Made by a program: the position numbers and the translations under genes. From assembly GCF_001194135.2 (NCBI RefSeq), contig NC_068992.1:12540676-12597130 (forward strand): a DNA stretch of 56,455 nucleotides, written 5' to 3'. The DNA is from Octopus bimaculoides (taxonomy: Eukaryota). Shown piece by piece: positions 26,868 to 38,959 of this stretch (positions within the stretch are counted from its first letter, which is position 1; the number at the start of each line of letters is the position of its first letter). A model generated the notes under the pieces. That model was given only the letters and a program-made list of their open reading frames with translations, had not been told where the DNA came from and made no database searches.

Positions 26868-27973
26868 NNNNNNNNNNNNNNNNNNNNNNNNNNNNNNNNN
26901 NNNNNNNNNNNNNNNNNNNNNNNNNNNNNNNNNNNNNNNNNNNNNNNNNNNNNNNNNNNNNNNNNNNNNNNNNNNNNNNNNNNNNNNNNNNNNNNNNNNN
27001 NNNNNNNNNNNNNNNNNNNNNNNNNNNNNNNNNNNNNNNNNNNNNNNNNNNNNNNNNNNNNNNNNNNNNNNNNNNNNNNNNNNNNNNNNNNNNNNNNNNN
27101 NNNNNNNNNNNNNNNNNNNNNNNNNNNNNNNNNNNNNNNNNNNNNNNNNNNNNNNNNNNNNNNNNNNNNNNNNNNNNNNNNNNNNNNNNNNNNNNNNNNN
27201 NNNNNNNNNNNNNNNNNNNNNNNNNNNNNNNNNNNNNNNNNNNNNNNNNNNNNNNNNNNNNNNNNNNNNNNNNNNNNNNNNNNNNNNNNNNNNNNNNNNN
27301 NNNNNNNNNNNNNNNNNNNNNNNNNNNNNNNNNNNNNNNNNNNNNNNNNNNNNNNNNNNNNNNNNNNNNNNNNNNNNNNNNNNNNNNNNNNNNNNNNNNN
27401 NNNNNNNNNNNNNNNNNNNNNNNNNNNNNNNNNNNNNNNNNNNNNNNNNNNNNNNNNNNNNNNNNNNNNNNNNNNNNNNNNNNNNNNNNNNNNNNNNNNN
27501 NNNNNNNNNNNNNNNNNNNNNNNNNNNNNNNNNNNNNNNNNNNNNNNNNNNNNNNNNNNNNNNNNNNNNNNNNNNNNNNNNNNNNNNNNNNNNNNNNNNN
27601 NNNNNNNNNNNNNNNNNNNNNNNNNNNNNNNNNNNNNNNNNNNNNNNNNNNNNNNNNNNNNNNNNNNNNNNNNNNNNNNNNNNNNNNNNNNNNNNNNNNN
27701 NNNNNNNNNNNNNNNNNNNNNNNNNNNNNNNNNNNNNNNNNNNNNNNNNNNNNNNNNNNNNNNNNNNNNNNNNNNNNNNNNNNNNNNNNNNNNNNNNNNN
27801 NNNNNNNNNNNNNNNNNNNAAAATTTATAAAAATAATAAAAATGATATTACTACTACTTCTACTACAACTGAAAACAACAACAATAATATTAATAATAAT
27901 AATAATAGTAGCAACAACAACAACAACATCAATAATAATGATAATAATGATGGTGATAATAATATTAATAATG

Positions 27974-28024
<51 letters not shown>

Positions 28025-28912
28025 GCAGTCGATATCTATATAGTGCAGTAGGAGACTCTACTATCTACAAGAGAAATATATGATTAAACACTTTTGTGTA
28101 TTTTTCTTTGTTGTCACAGGTATATTAACTCTATAACGTCTCACATATCAAATATACACAAACAATTTTCATTGATCTTCAGTTTTTCGTTTCTTTTTTT
28201 GTGATTGTTTGATGTAAATCAATTAAATTATCTTACATAAATATATTAATGTATATATCATATATGTATGTATATATGTATACACACACANNNNNNNNNN
28301 TATATATGTATATTGATATAGATATCGATATAGATATATCTAAGTGTGTGTGTGTATGTATTGTGCATCTAAAATTGGATTCTCGTTGATCTGTGTGAAT
28401 ATGTGCGTAGCGTATTACTACGTGCTCATATGAATATTATAAATATATGCTAACATAACTAAATATTACAAAAATTTTGTCAAGAGATTTATTGAACTAC
28501 CATTGCATCTTCTTTGTTATTATGTATAATGTCATCTACATCACATTTAAAATGTGAATAGTCTACAACTGTTCAAAGAAAATGATCTCTATGATAGAAA
28601 GCCGTTCTTCTTGAAGAAACGATATACCGTTTGCCAGACACTTGATGCAACTCTGTCTAATTGCCAGCACTGGTATTATGTCTTCCAAAATAAGTCTCAG
28701 ATGCAACTCTAGATCTGAAGGACCTATCAGATGTTTCAATATTTACTAGAAGCTATAGAATGACTGAAGATCCGAGTGTTTCGTGCGTTAGTAATTATTG
28801 ACAACTACTAACTCTAGAACATTAAGTCACTCTGTTGCTCCTGACAAATATTAATAAAACGATATATATACTCATATTTTGAGTTTATTTTTCCTGTTTT
28901 CCTATTTTTCTG

Positions 28913-28951
<39 letters not shown>

Positions 28952-28972
28952 NNNNNNNNNNCTATTTTTCTG

Positions 28973-29013
<41 letters not shown>

Positions 29014-29070
29014 GTCTAGTTTTTAAAGTTATTGAACATCTCTATAGTCACTATGTATGTGTCTATGTCC

Positions 29071-29334
29071 CCCTCCTCGGAACTTTCCAGAAGTAATTCA
29101 TCCCCTCCTTACCCTTGCTTGGAAATTTCCGATGATGGGACTTCCTGGCAAGTTCCGATGCCTTCCTGGAAAGTTCCGAGGATGGTACTTCCTGGTAAGA
29201 AGTAATTCCTCCCTCTCTTCGGAACTTTACAGCAATTAATTCCTTTCCTTCCTCCCTTCCTTGGAACTTTCCAGCATTTTCCCCCTCCTCGGAACTTTCC
29301 AGGAAGTACTTCCTCCCCTCCTCCCCTTCCAGAG
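29071..29334. repeat. Degenerate repeat island of the GGAACTTTCC(A)GGAA motif in direct and inverted orientation
   Basis: Motif copies at 29079, 29121, 29168 (inverted), 29221, 29263 and 29291; perfect 21-bp inverted match between 29162-29182 and 29286-29306. Confidence 0.85.
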
Positions 29335-29419
29335 ATATATTCATTTACATCGGACTTGTAGGAGAGAATTAAAATATACTGTGTGACAGTTACAACCTAC
29401 ACAATTTGTTGCTTGTACT

Positions 29420-29700
29420 TTAAGTCAACTCGAAAACGAACGAAGCTTGTCCAATCAGCCGTTTGGTTAAGCTTCATACGTGTGAATTTGATGTTAGCAA
29501 AATAAATCCTTAAGTACAAGAACGTCCACATCCTATTTATGATGCCAATGCTTATTTACGATACATCGATGAGGAGGACATCATCTCATACACGTACATT
29601 CCAATCCAATTTTCAGTCTATCATTTTCATAGATTGGAATTTAGATTCAGATGTAAGTGTACTTAATTTCTTCAACAGTTCTTTATTCCATGCACTGTCG
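29420..29700 (+). mobile_element. Probable highly decayed PLE RT core (motifs B' to D)
   Basis: ACPISRLVKLHTCEFD (cf. GSPISPxxAxLxMxxFE), then about 36 residues to AYLRYIDE (cf. YxRYxDD), then in a shifted frame SIIFIDWNLDSDVSVLNFFN (cf. IxFTxE...LNFLD). One in-frame stop. Confidence 0.4.
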
Positions 29701-30309
29701 ATGTATTCTGTAGATTTGTAGATAGATTTAAATTTGGTTCTATAAGTTAAGCAGATATTTACTCGGTTAAGTAGAACGCTCTCGATAATACAAATGTATA
29801 TTTATATATTGCAAGACACTTAAGTTAAGGTATAGGATTAAAATATTATAGTCGAGGAGATATTAGATTTCGGAGAAGAATACTTTATTTCCAATTGTTT
29901 CAGGTTCAACAAGTACACGTCGTGTCTAGTGGACACATCTCAGAGAAAATTACATGAATGTTACCAGTACTCTAACCAGCATGAACATCACCTCACACTA
30001 ATTATTGACTCGAATTTGAAGGAAACAGGCGAATTTGGTATTAGCCCCTTCGGGCTTACAAAGTATTAAAATTTAGAGAATACCCACAACTAGTCTAACA
30101 GGGACACTGAATTTAGTATATTCGATATATATTCACAGCCCTTAAAATATGTAAACACCAAGCAATGAGCCTCGGGGAAATATTTCGATAAGATTGCTCA
30201 ATACCGTACTAATATCTGTAAATATTCGTGTATATATATANNNNNNNNNNNNNNNNNNNNNNNNNNNNNNNNNNNNNNNNNNNNNNNNNNNNNNNNNNTA
30301 TACACCATA

Positions 30310-30525
30310 TATATTATTTTCGCCATGATAGATCGCTAACCACTACACATGTTTTTTCTCTCCTTGTTTCTTTCTGTGTTCCTTTCTGTGTTCCTTTCTG
30401 TGGAAGGACGTAGGCTCGAAATGTTTAAAACTTTTTTCAATTCTCGAGCGTTATACTAATACATCTGTTTGTTTTCTACACCATCTGCCTTCGTCTGTTG
30501 TTTTTTTTTGTGAATTCTCCCTATA
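30310..30525 (+). repeat. Interspersed repeat fragment, possibly a PLE terminal repeat
   Basis: T-rich element with cctttctgtg...cgtaggctcgaaa...gagcgttatactaatacatctg, which I recall as a dispersed Octopus repeat; no second copy in the window. Confidence 0.4.
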
Positions 30526-31881
30526 TGTATATAGACATGGCATTGTTACGAATGTGTACAGATCTCCAAAGTGTATTGTGCAATCTTAGCGAAATATTTC
30601 CTTGAGGCCCTTCGCTTAGTGTTCACGTATTTAGGAGCTAAGAACAAATATCGAATATACTAACTTAGGTAACTTTGTTATACTAATGTATGTACATCTA
30701 TACATACATACATACACACACGCATATACATTCATACATAAATAATTGCTTATGTTATATTATATTATACTATATTATATTCATAGTATATTAGATTATA
30801 TTATGAATATAAATAAATTATCGGTTTGTCATTTGTATCTCTATTTGATTTACTGCTTATAATTTGCATTATACCCATATTTATGTAATATTCAACCGAC
30901 GTACCAATGAACTGGATGTTTTACACACCCTTTTGAATGAATTTTCCATTCATTTGTTACCTTATATATATATAGACACACATATATATATATATATGTA
31001 TATTATTTATATTATTATATGATTGATATATATATATATATATANNNNNNNNNNNNNNNNNNNNNNNNNNNNNNNNNNNNNNNNNNNNNNNNNNNNNNNN
31101 NNNNNNNNNNNNNNNNNNNNNNNNNNNNNNNNNNNNNNNNNNNNNNNNNNNNNNNNNNNNNNNNNNNNNNNNNNNNNNNNNNNNNNNNNNNNNNNNNNNN
31201 NNNNNNNNNNNNNNNNNNNNNNNNNNNNNNNNNNNNNNNNNNNNNNNNNNNNNNNNNNNNNNNNNNNNNNNNNNNNNNNNNNNNNNNNNNNNNNNNNNNN
31301 NNNNNNNNNNNNNNNNNNNNNNNNNNNNNNNNNNNNNNNNNNNNNNNNNNNNNNNNNNNNNNNNNNNNNNNNNNNNNNNNNNNNNNNNNNNNNNNNNNNN
31401 NNNNNNNNNNNNNNNNNNNNNNNNNNNNNNNNNNNNNNNNNNNNNNNNNNNNNNNNNNNNNNNNNNNNNNNNNNNNNNNNNNNNNNNNNNNNNNNNNNNN
31501 NNNNNNNNNNNNNNNNNNNNNNNNNNNNNNNNNNNNNNNNNNNNNNNNNNNNNNNNNNNNNNNNNNNNNNNNNNNNNNNNNNNNNNNNNNNNNNNNNNNN
31601 NNNNNNNNNNNNNNNNNNNNNNNNNNNNNNNNNNNNNNNNNNNNNNNNNNNNNNNNNNNNNNNNNNNNNNNNNNNNNNNNNNNNNNNNNNNNNNNNNNNN
31701 NNNNNNNNNNNNNNNNNNNNNNNNNNNNNNNNNNNNNNNNNNNNNNNNNNNNNNNNNNNNNNNNNNNNNNNNNNNNNNNNNNNNNNNNNNNNNNNNNNNN
31801 NNNNNNNNNNNNNNNNNNNNNNNNNNNNNNNNNNNNNNNNNNNNNNNNNNNNNNNNNNNNNNNNNNNNNNNNNNNNNNNNN

Positions 31882-31978
31882 AGGCTTACAAAGAATAAGT
31901 CCTGGGGTCGATTTGCTCGACTAAAGGCGGTGCTCCAGCATGGCCACAGTCAAATGACTGAAACAAGTAAAAGAGTAA
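31882..31978 (+). mobile_element. SINE 3' tail fragment (family E)
   Basis: Near-identical to 11170-11262; further fragments at about 18750-18785 (-), 50790-50840 (-) and 55636-55690 (+). Confidence 0.8.
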
Positions 31979-31998
31979 AATCAGCCATAGTATTAATA

Positions 31999-32184
31999 TC
32001 GGTTTGAAATTTAGGCAAAAGGCCAGGAAATTCGGGCGAGGGGTATGTCCATTATATCGACCTTGGTACTCAACTGGTACTTATATTATTGACTCCGAAA
32101 GTAGCAGTGACCTCAGCGGTGAACACAGAACGTAAAGACAGACGAAGTCTCACTAAGCACTTTGCTCAGCGTCCTAAAGATTCT
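31999..32184 (-). mobile_element. tRNA-derived SINE family A, degenerate
   Basis: gtgacctcagcggtgaacacagaacgtaaagacagacgaa...ctaagcac is homologous to the other family A copies. Confidence 0.75.
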
Positions 32185-32400
32185 TATTTCTTTATTGCTC
32201 ACAAGGGGCTAAACACAGAGGGGACAAACAAACGGATTAAGTCGATTATATCGACCCCAATGTGTAACTGGTACTTAATTTATCGACCTCCGAAAGGATG
32301 AAAAGCAAAGTCGACCTCGGCGGGATTTGAACTCAGAACATAGCGGCAGACGAAATACCGCTAAGCACTGTGTCCGGTGTGCTAACGATTCTGCCAGCTT
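32185..32400 (-). mobile_element. tRNA-derived SINE family A, near full length
   Basis: tcgacctccgaaaggatgaaaagcaaagtcgacctcggcgggatttgaactcagaac...gctaacgattctgccagc. Confidence 0.9.
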
Positions 32401-32879
32401 ACGGTAAGCTTACTGCCAGCTTACCATCCTAAAGATTATGTCAGCTCACCAACTTAGCTTTGGTATTAACACTAAAACGTCATAATCATGATAACATCGG
32501 TCAAAAGGACTTCAATTATTTGCTCCATCGCTTTACGAGCCATTTCAAATCATGTTGAGATAAACCGATCCGTTTGGCTCTCCGGAGTCAATTAAGTGAT
32601 GCAATTGTGAAGAACTGGTCCTGGCTTATCAACTAACCAACACACTACAAGAATGTAGGCTTTGTATCTAAATTGGAAATGTATGGATCTGTAACTTAAT
32701 GTAATAAAGTGTTCCTTGATAATCCGTTGTGATTGAGTACATAAATGGCCTTGGAATATATATAGCATGGTTCCAAACAACTACGTTTGGGAAACGCACG
32801 TTGGCGCTATAATGCTATAACGTACACTCGTTATACTGAGTTATTTCATAGTTGCGGTCATTAATCCTTTATGTTTGTA

Positions 32880-33720
32880 GAACCCAGAAGAGGTAGAAAA
32901 ATATTTGTGTTCTCCTCTAATGCTTTCCTATCTGGTTTTGTTTCAAATTCTGTGATGTTCTGTGCTGTAGGTCCTCAAATGTTTAAGTAAATGGAAAACC
33001 GACACGTGGACGTCATAATGTTGTGTCATATACAGTAGTTGAAGTCTTATCGTTTATAACTTTCATGTTTGTAATCAGTTCGATAAATCACGTTTGTCAT
33101 GAGAAGTGTATTCGCGATTTTCTTGCCCGTGCTTTCTCATATTCATGAGAAGGCTTTCAACTTTATTGTTTTATTATACTTAGCGTTAGCTTATAGTCTG
33201 ATGAAATACATTTTGTGTTCAGTTTTACGAGAATTTTAATAATGAGTTCTTTTATTCTATAGTTAGTATTCATCTGATTCATATAATACCGTTTATGTGT
33301 AGTTTGTATATTTTTAATAGGTTTGTATCTCTCTGATCTATTTGCTACATTGTTTCTGAGTTAGTTTAGCTCTCTGGCTTTGTTTATTAGTCTGTTGTTA
33401 ATTAGTGTTTCTTTTATTCTATAGATTTCTTTAGTGTTTATTTTGTGAGTAAGAACATAGATGATCGTCTATGTAAGAATTTACAATAGCATTGTGTGTC
33501 TGCGAGTTTTTTTCGCTGTCTCCGTCTCAGTAGATATATTTTTGTTTGCCTTCGGTGGAAACGGAGGTGATACATCTGTTATTTACTATGGCTGATATTA
33601 ATGGCTAGAAATTGAACTAATTGAAATGATTGGCTTTTCATGTTTCACTCTTGAGTCTTGCATTTCAGTATGGACCTAACCTTTAGGTCTTCCCTTAATT
33701 TGTCAACGCCATATTGGCTA
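32880..33720 (-). mobile_element. Decayed PLE (RT thumb to GIY-YIG region)
   Basis: Minus strand HNAIVNSYI ... TKEIYRIKETLINNR ... NVIYR ... DRKALEENTNI, consistent with the PLE pattern VINSYIxRA, EIxRIKQxLINNGY, NVVY; many stops. Confidence 0.55.
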
Positions 33721-34657
33721 TTAATGCACAACCCTCATCATGTATTTAAATAAGGAGCAATTGCTATGCATTACATTACACAAGCGAAAATAAAAGTGGA
33801 TAAAATAACATTCGTCGCCCATACATACTATGCGTAATTCCCAAACAAAAGTAGATTTCTAACAACGGAAACAATTTTTCAGAACAGAGTCTATTTGAAA
33901 AATAAAATCACACAGCATACAGTAACTACAAAAGAAAACAAAGGTAAAAACTGACTATCAGGTCTATACCTTACGGTCAATAACGAAAATGCGAAAATAG
34001 AGCAATTTTGAAAATTGTGAAGTCCAGAACAAGTATTTGAACTTTGCATACTATAACGAGATGTAAGCACGGGCCCCCTTCATCAAACACAAGTAGTTGG
34101 GCTATAAAGGGCTAAAATAGATGATAATATACTTGGAATTTTTACGATAGCAAAGGAACTGCATGGAACGAGTACGAAAATGTGACAAAAGCACGAGAAA
34201 AACAATAGTAAAGAGGGTGTCATATTTTGACGAGAAGTTGTTTTCCATATATGTGTGTGTGTGCGCAAGTATGGGAGGGAGGGAGAGAGAGAGAACGAGA
34301 AAAAGAGAGAGAGAAAGAATGAGAGAGATAGAGAGAGAGAAATAGGCGAGAGATAGAGTAAGAATGATGGGGAGAGAGAGAGTCGGTTATGTATGTCTGC
34401 TGAGGATCGAGTGTGGAAAGAAACTTTAATCGATTACAATACTTGACTAGTAATTACTCTATCTACCCTAGAACAGGCAGGAAAGACAAAGGTTAACCTC
34501 CCATGGTTGAGAGACATAAACAACGCGAGCCATTTTGACAGCAGGTACGCAATCATTCTATTACTATATATACATATATACATACATGCACAAGCACAAA
34601 ACGCAGGAGCACACACCTATACACACACAAACATATATATATATACATATATACACG

Positions 34658-34709
<52 letters not shown>

Positions 34710-35349
34710 AATACGCACACACACAAACACACATATATCTACATGCGCTTATGTATGTGTAGGTATACGTGTGTATGTCTATGCACGTTTGTCTGTATGT
34801 ATCGTATTTTCGAATAGATCCGCCACTGCCTGCAAACAATACATTGCTACACCGTCTAATGACATTAATACCAATCTTTCACGCGATATTATTTTACATC
34901 ATATACTAAGATAACATTGCCGATATCTATACAAAGCGATTTTCGAAGCCACATTACGTTATGAAAAGAAACGTATACACATCTGTCCACACACTCACAC
35001 ACATATCCACACATACATACGCAATAAAGCACATACACACACTCACACATGCACGCACAGATACACAGATACACACGCCAGCAATAATCCATGATATGCA
35101 GTGATATTCCGAACCGTCTAGGAGATATTATGATACATCTTGTTGAAGATATATCGTGTAAATTGATAAATGTCGTTTCTTTCAATGGAATGGCGCCATC
35201 TTAGGAACAATATTTTGGACTAAATAGAAGATGAGATCTATTCTGTGCAACAAAGGTAGGATCGAATAGGGTGACGGCTGTAGTTGGCTGCAGTGTATGC
35301 ATTGCAATCATAATGGAATTTCTCTACTTATACAGAATTGCTAATCTTT

Positions 35350-35614
35350 ACTATTATTATTATTGTTGTTATTTTCATTATCATTATTGTTGTTGTTGTT
35401 ATTATTATTATTATTATCATTATTATCATTATTATTATTATTATCATTATTATCATTATTATTATTATTATCATTATTATTATTATTATCATTATTATCA
35501 TTATTATTATCATTATTATTATTATTATTATTATTATCATCATCATCATCATCATTATTATTATTATTATTATTAATATCATCATCATCATCATCATCAT
35601 TATCATCATCATCA

Positions 35615-35669
<55 letters not shown>

Positions 35670-35672
35670 CAT
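35350..35672. repeat. Long (ATT)n/(ATC)n compound microsatellite
   Basis: Read directly; the source of the poly-I/L/Y ORFs at 35271-35790. Confidence 0.97.
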
Positions 35673-36135
35673 TATTTGTTTGTTCGGATTTAGCCTCCTT
35701 CCCATTTCGTGTATAGTCACGTCGTGTTTTTATTGTTGGTATTGGTTGTGGTCCTTGTCGGTGGCGTTATTGGTATTTTTACAACATTAGCTGTATTGGT
35801 ACCATCATTGCTATTATTCACGTAAATAATAGTGATGTTGGTGGTAGTGCTGATTGTGATAGGGATAATAACGGGGACATAGGTGGTGCTGGGTGTGCTA
35901 TAAGTTTTTAGACTTCATGTTCTAGATTCTGGGTTTCTTTTCCTATTTTATTTATTATAATATTTGGTTATTTGTGAATTGTGTTGCAGGTACGTAGTTG
36001 TCTTCTCTACTGGTTGAGTATGTTGGTTGAAGATATTACACTGTAACACTCACTTGCTAAGCCAAGCAACGAGAAGGATTTATGTACATTGTGATATGGC
36101 ATCAAGTATGTGCGTGTGTGTGTGTGTATGTGTGC

Positions 36136-36173
<38 letters not shown>

Positions 36174-37045
36174 NNNNNNNNNNNNNNNNNNNNNNNNNNN
36201 NNNNNNNNNNNNNNNNNNNNNNNNNNNNNNNNNNNNNNNNNNNNNNNNNNNNNNNNNNNNNNNNNNNNNNNNNNNNNNNNNNNNNNNNNNNNNNNNNNNN
36301 NNNNNNNNNNNNNNNNNNNNNNNNNNNNNNNNNNNNNNNNNNNNNNNNNNNNNNNNNNNNNNNNNNNNNNNNNNNNNNNNNNNNNNNNNNNNNNNNNNNN
36401 NNNNNNNNNNNNNNNNNNNNNNNNNNNNNNNNNNNNNNNNNNNNNNNNNNNNNNNNNNNNNNNNNNNNNNNNNNNNNNNNNNNNNNNNNNNNNNNNNNNN
36501 NNNNNNNNNNNNNNNNNNNNNNNNNNNNNNNNNNNNNNNNNNNNNNNNNNNNNNNNNNNNNNNNNNNNNNNNNNNNNNNNNNNNNNNNNNNNNNNNNNNN
36601 NNNNNNNNNNNNNNNNNNNNNNNNNNNNNNNNNNNNNNNNNNNNNNNNNNNNNNNNNNNNNNNNNNNNNNNNNNNNNNNNNNNNNNNNNNNNNNNNNNNN
36701 NNNNNNNNNNNNNNNNNNNNNNNNNNNNNNNNNNNNNNNNNNNNNNNNNNNNNNNNNNNNNNNNNNNNNNNNNNNNNNNNNNNNNNNNNNNNNNNNNNNN
36801 NNNNNNNNNNNNNNNNNNNNNNNNNNNNNNNNNNNNNNNNNNNNNNNNNNNNNNNNNNNNNNNNNNNNNNNNNNNNNNNNNNNNNNNNNNNNNNNNNNNN
36901 NNNNNNNNNNNNNNNNNNNNNNNNNNNNNNNNNNNNNNNNNNNNNNNNNNNNNNNNNNNNNNNNNNNNNNNNNNNNNNNNNNNNNNNNNNNNNNNNNNNN
37001 NNNNNNNNNNNNNNNNNNNNNNNNNNNNNNNNNNNNNNNNNTATA

Positions 37046-37079
<34 letters not shown>

Positions 37080-37695
37080 CACACACACGCCCATATATAC
37101 GTTTGCTTGTGAATCTATTTTAAGAGGCGGGGTTTTCTGACTATGTCTCCATGTGTGTATGCGTTTGTTAGTACACAAATTTTATTTTGTATTGCAGTGA
37201 TAAATCACCCAGCTGCTCTTCGGTGACTTGTCGAGTTAGGTTAGCATCAATCTCAATATTCTCCCGAATATATTTGTCGCCATTACACCATGCGATTTAC
37301 AATCTGTCATCGCTTTACGCTTGTTTATTTTCTATTATTGCACTTGTTGTTATTGTTCTTGTTGATGTTATTATTATTACTATTACTATGTTTCCGACAG
37401 GTTTATGCGTGTTTCTATTGCTCCACCCGGGACAATTACGAGTTTTCCTCGAGGTGTATGTAGAATTGTTTTGGGTGATGCTGGAATGTTTTTGTATGCC
37501 CCATCAGATTTGCTTTGTGATGGAAATTGTTTTTCACGTTGCTGGCGTTATTTTTTAATATTTTGTCTGTTCTATAAAATATATTTAATGAGATTTCTGT
37601 TATTGTGTTGGTCTGCTCTCCCTGATTCATATGTGGAGTATAATGTGTGTTATACATGCGCATGCTTACATACATACACACACATATGTATATCA

Positions 37696-37733
<38 letters not shown>

Positions 37734-38379
37734 CTGTTATAGTCCTTTATTTACCTAGAAAATAATACTATTGTATACCAATAATGTTAATAATTTATAA
37801 TATTTATATAAAACTCATTCCCTGATTTCGGTTCTATTTATGACTAGCCGTTCAACTGAATATACTGGCATTGATGTAACAAATATTTTAAAATTTTGTG
37901 TTCGGTGAATCTAGCTGATGAGCACTAACCGAATTTACGATAACAGGTGTATTAGGAAAGTCTGAAACACGAGTACTAAATTATCTACTCTAGGATGCTC
38001 ATCTATCTGGTTGTCATACTAGAGGTAAGAGGAATTTTTTTTTATATTCTTTGCCCGCACACATCTTTGCCAGTAAATATTCAGTGAAGCTTTGCATAGC
38101 GTCGTACTGTTATCGACTGCTATTTCGAGCAAACATTAGTGCCTTGTTGTACCACTATTCCACTTTTATATATTTGTATTTGTACCTTTATGGTGTTTTA
38201 TTCAGCTGGGAAATAATACTGTTGTATCCCAATAATATCTATAACTCATATATATGTGTGTGTGTGCGTGTGTGTGTATGCTCTGTATCTGTGAGTCTGT
38301 GTGTCTCATTGAACTTTTCTTATGATGGTTGAATTTTCTGATCTGCATCTACATAACACTGATCTGCATAACACTGTAA

Positions 38380-38590
38380 GGCAGTGAGCTGGCAGAATTG
38401 TTATCACGCCGGACGAAATGCTTAGCGGTATTTCGTCTGCCGCTACATTCTGAGATCAAATTCCGCTGAGGTAGCCTTTACTTTTCAACATTTCGGGGTC
38501 GATAAATTAAGTACCAGTTCGTGTACTGGGGTCGATGTAATCAACTGTCCCTCCTTCCCCGAAATTTCAGGCTTTGTGCTTATAGTAGAA
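38380..38590 (+). mobile_element. tRNA-derived SINE family A, full length
   Basis: ggcagtgagctggcagaattgttatc (A-box) ... gagatcaaattcc (B-box-like) ... ggggtcgataaattaagtaccag. Confidence 0.9.
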
Positions 38591-38959
38591 ATCGTTATTA
38601 TTATCATCGATGACAATGATGATGGTGTACGTGCTGGGTAGTGATTGCGAGTGTAATGAGTTGTGTCGTTGGTATTTCTGTTGAAGCTATCACGTGACTT
38701 GCATTATATTATTGACTTGGTTTTGCATGGAGTTACGTCCTCTTTGTCAACTTCTTCCTGCAATGGTGTCACCGTGCTGACTTCGTCTCCTGCTCCCCTT
38801 TACAATTCCTCTAATAATTTGATTCACATTGTAACAAAATTCTCGTTTTCGTCCTTATTGAAGTTTCTTTCGGGTTTTTGTTATTGTTTATGTTTGTTTC
38901 TTTATATGAAGAGAATTTCATTTCATTTTTATCATTTAGTTTAGAAATAGTAGAAAGCC

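Noticed and set aside
29515-29652. Apparent 138-bp phase 1-1 exon (QERPHPIYDANAYLRYIDEEDIISYTYIPIQFSVYHFHRLEFRFR, GTAAGT donor) resembling a laminin-G N-terminus of an EYS/agrin-like protein
   Set aside because: The acceptor is weak (AAG, no pyrimidine tract) and I found no downstream LamG exon; joining to the next good acceptor (29904) gives a stop after 8 codons. Flanking motifs fit a decayed PLE RT better. Not fully excluded; junction reads at 29652 would revive it.
35271-35790. Long poly-I, poly-L and poly-Y ORFs
   Set aside because: Translations of an (ATT/ATC)n microsatellite.
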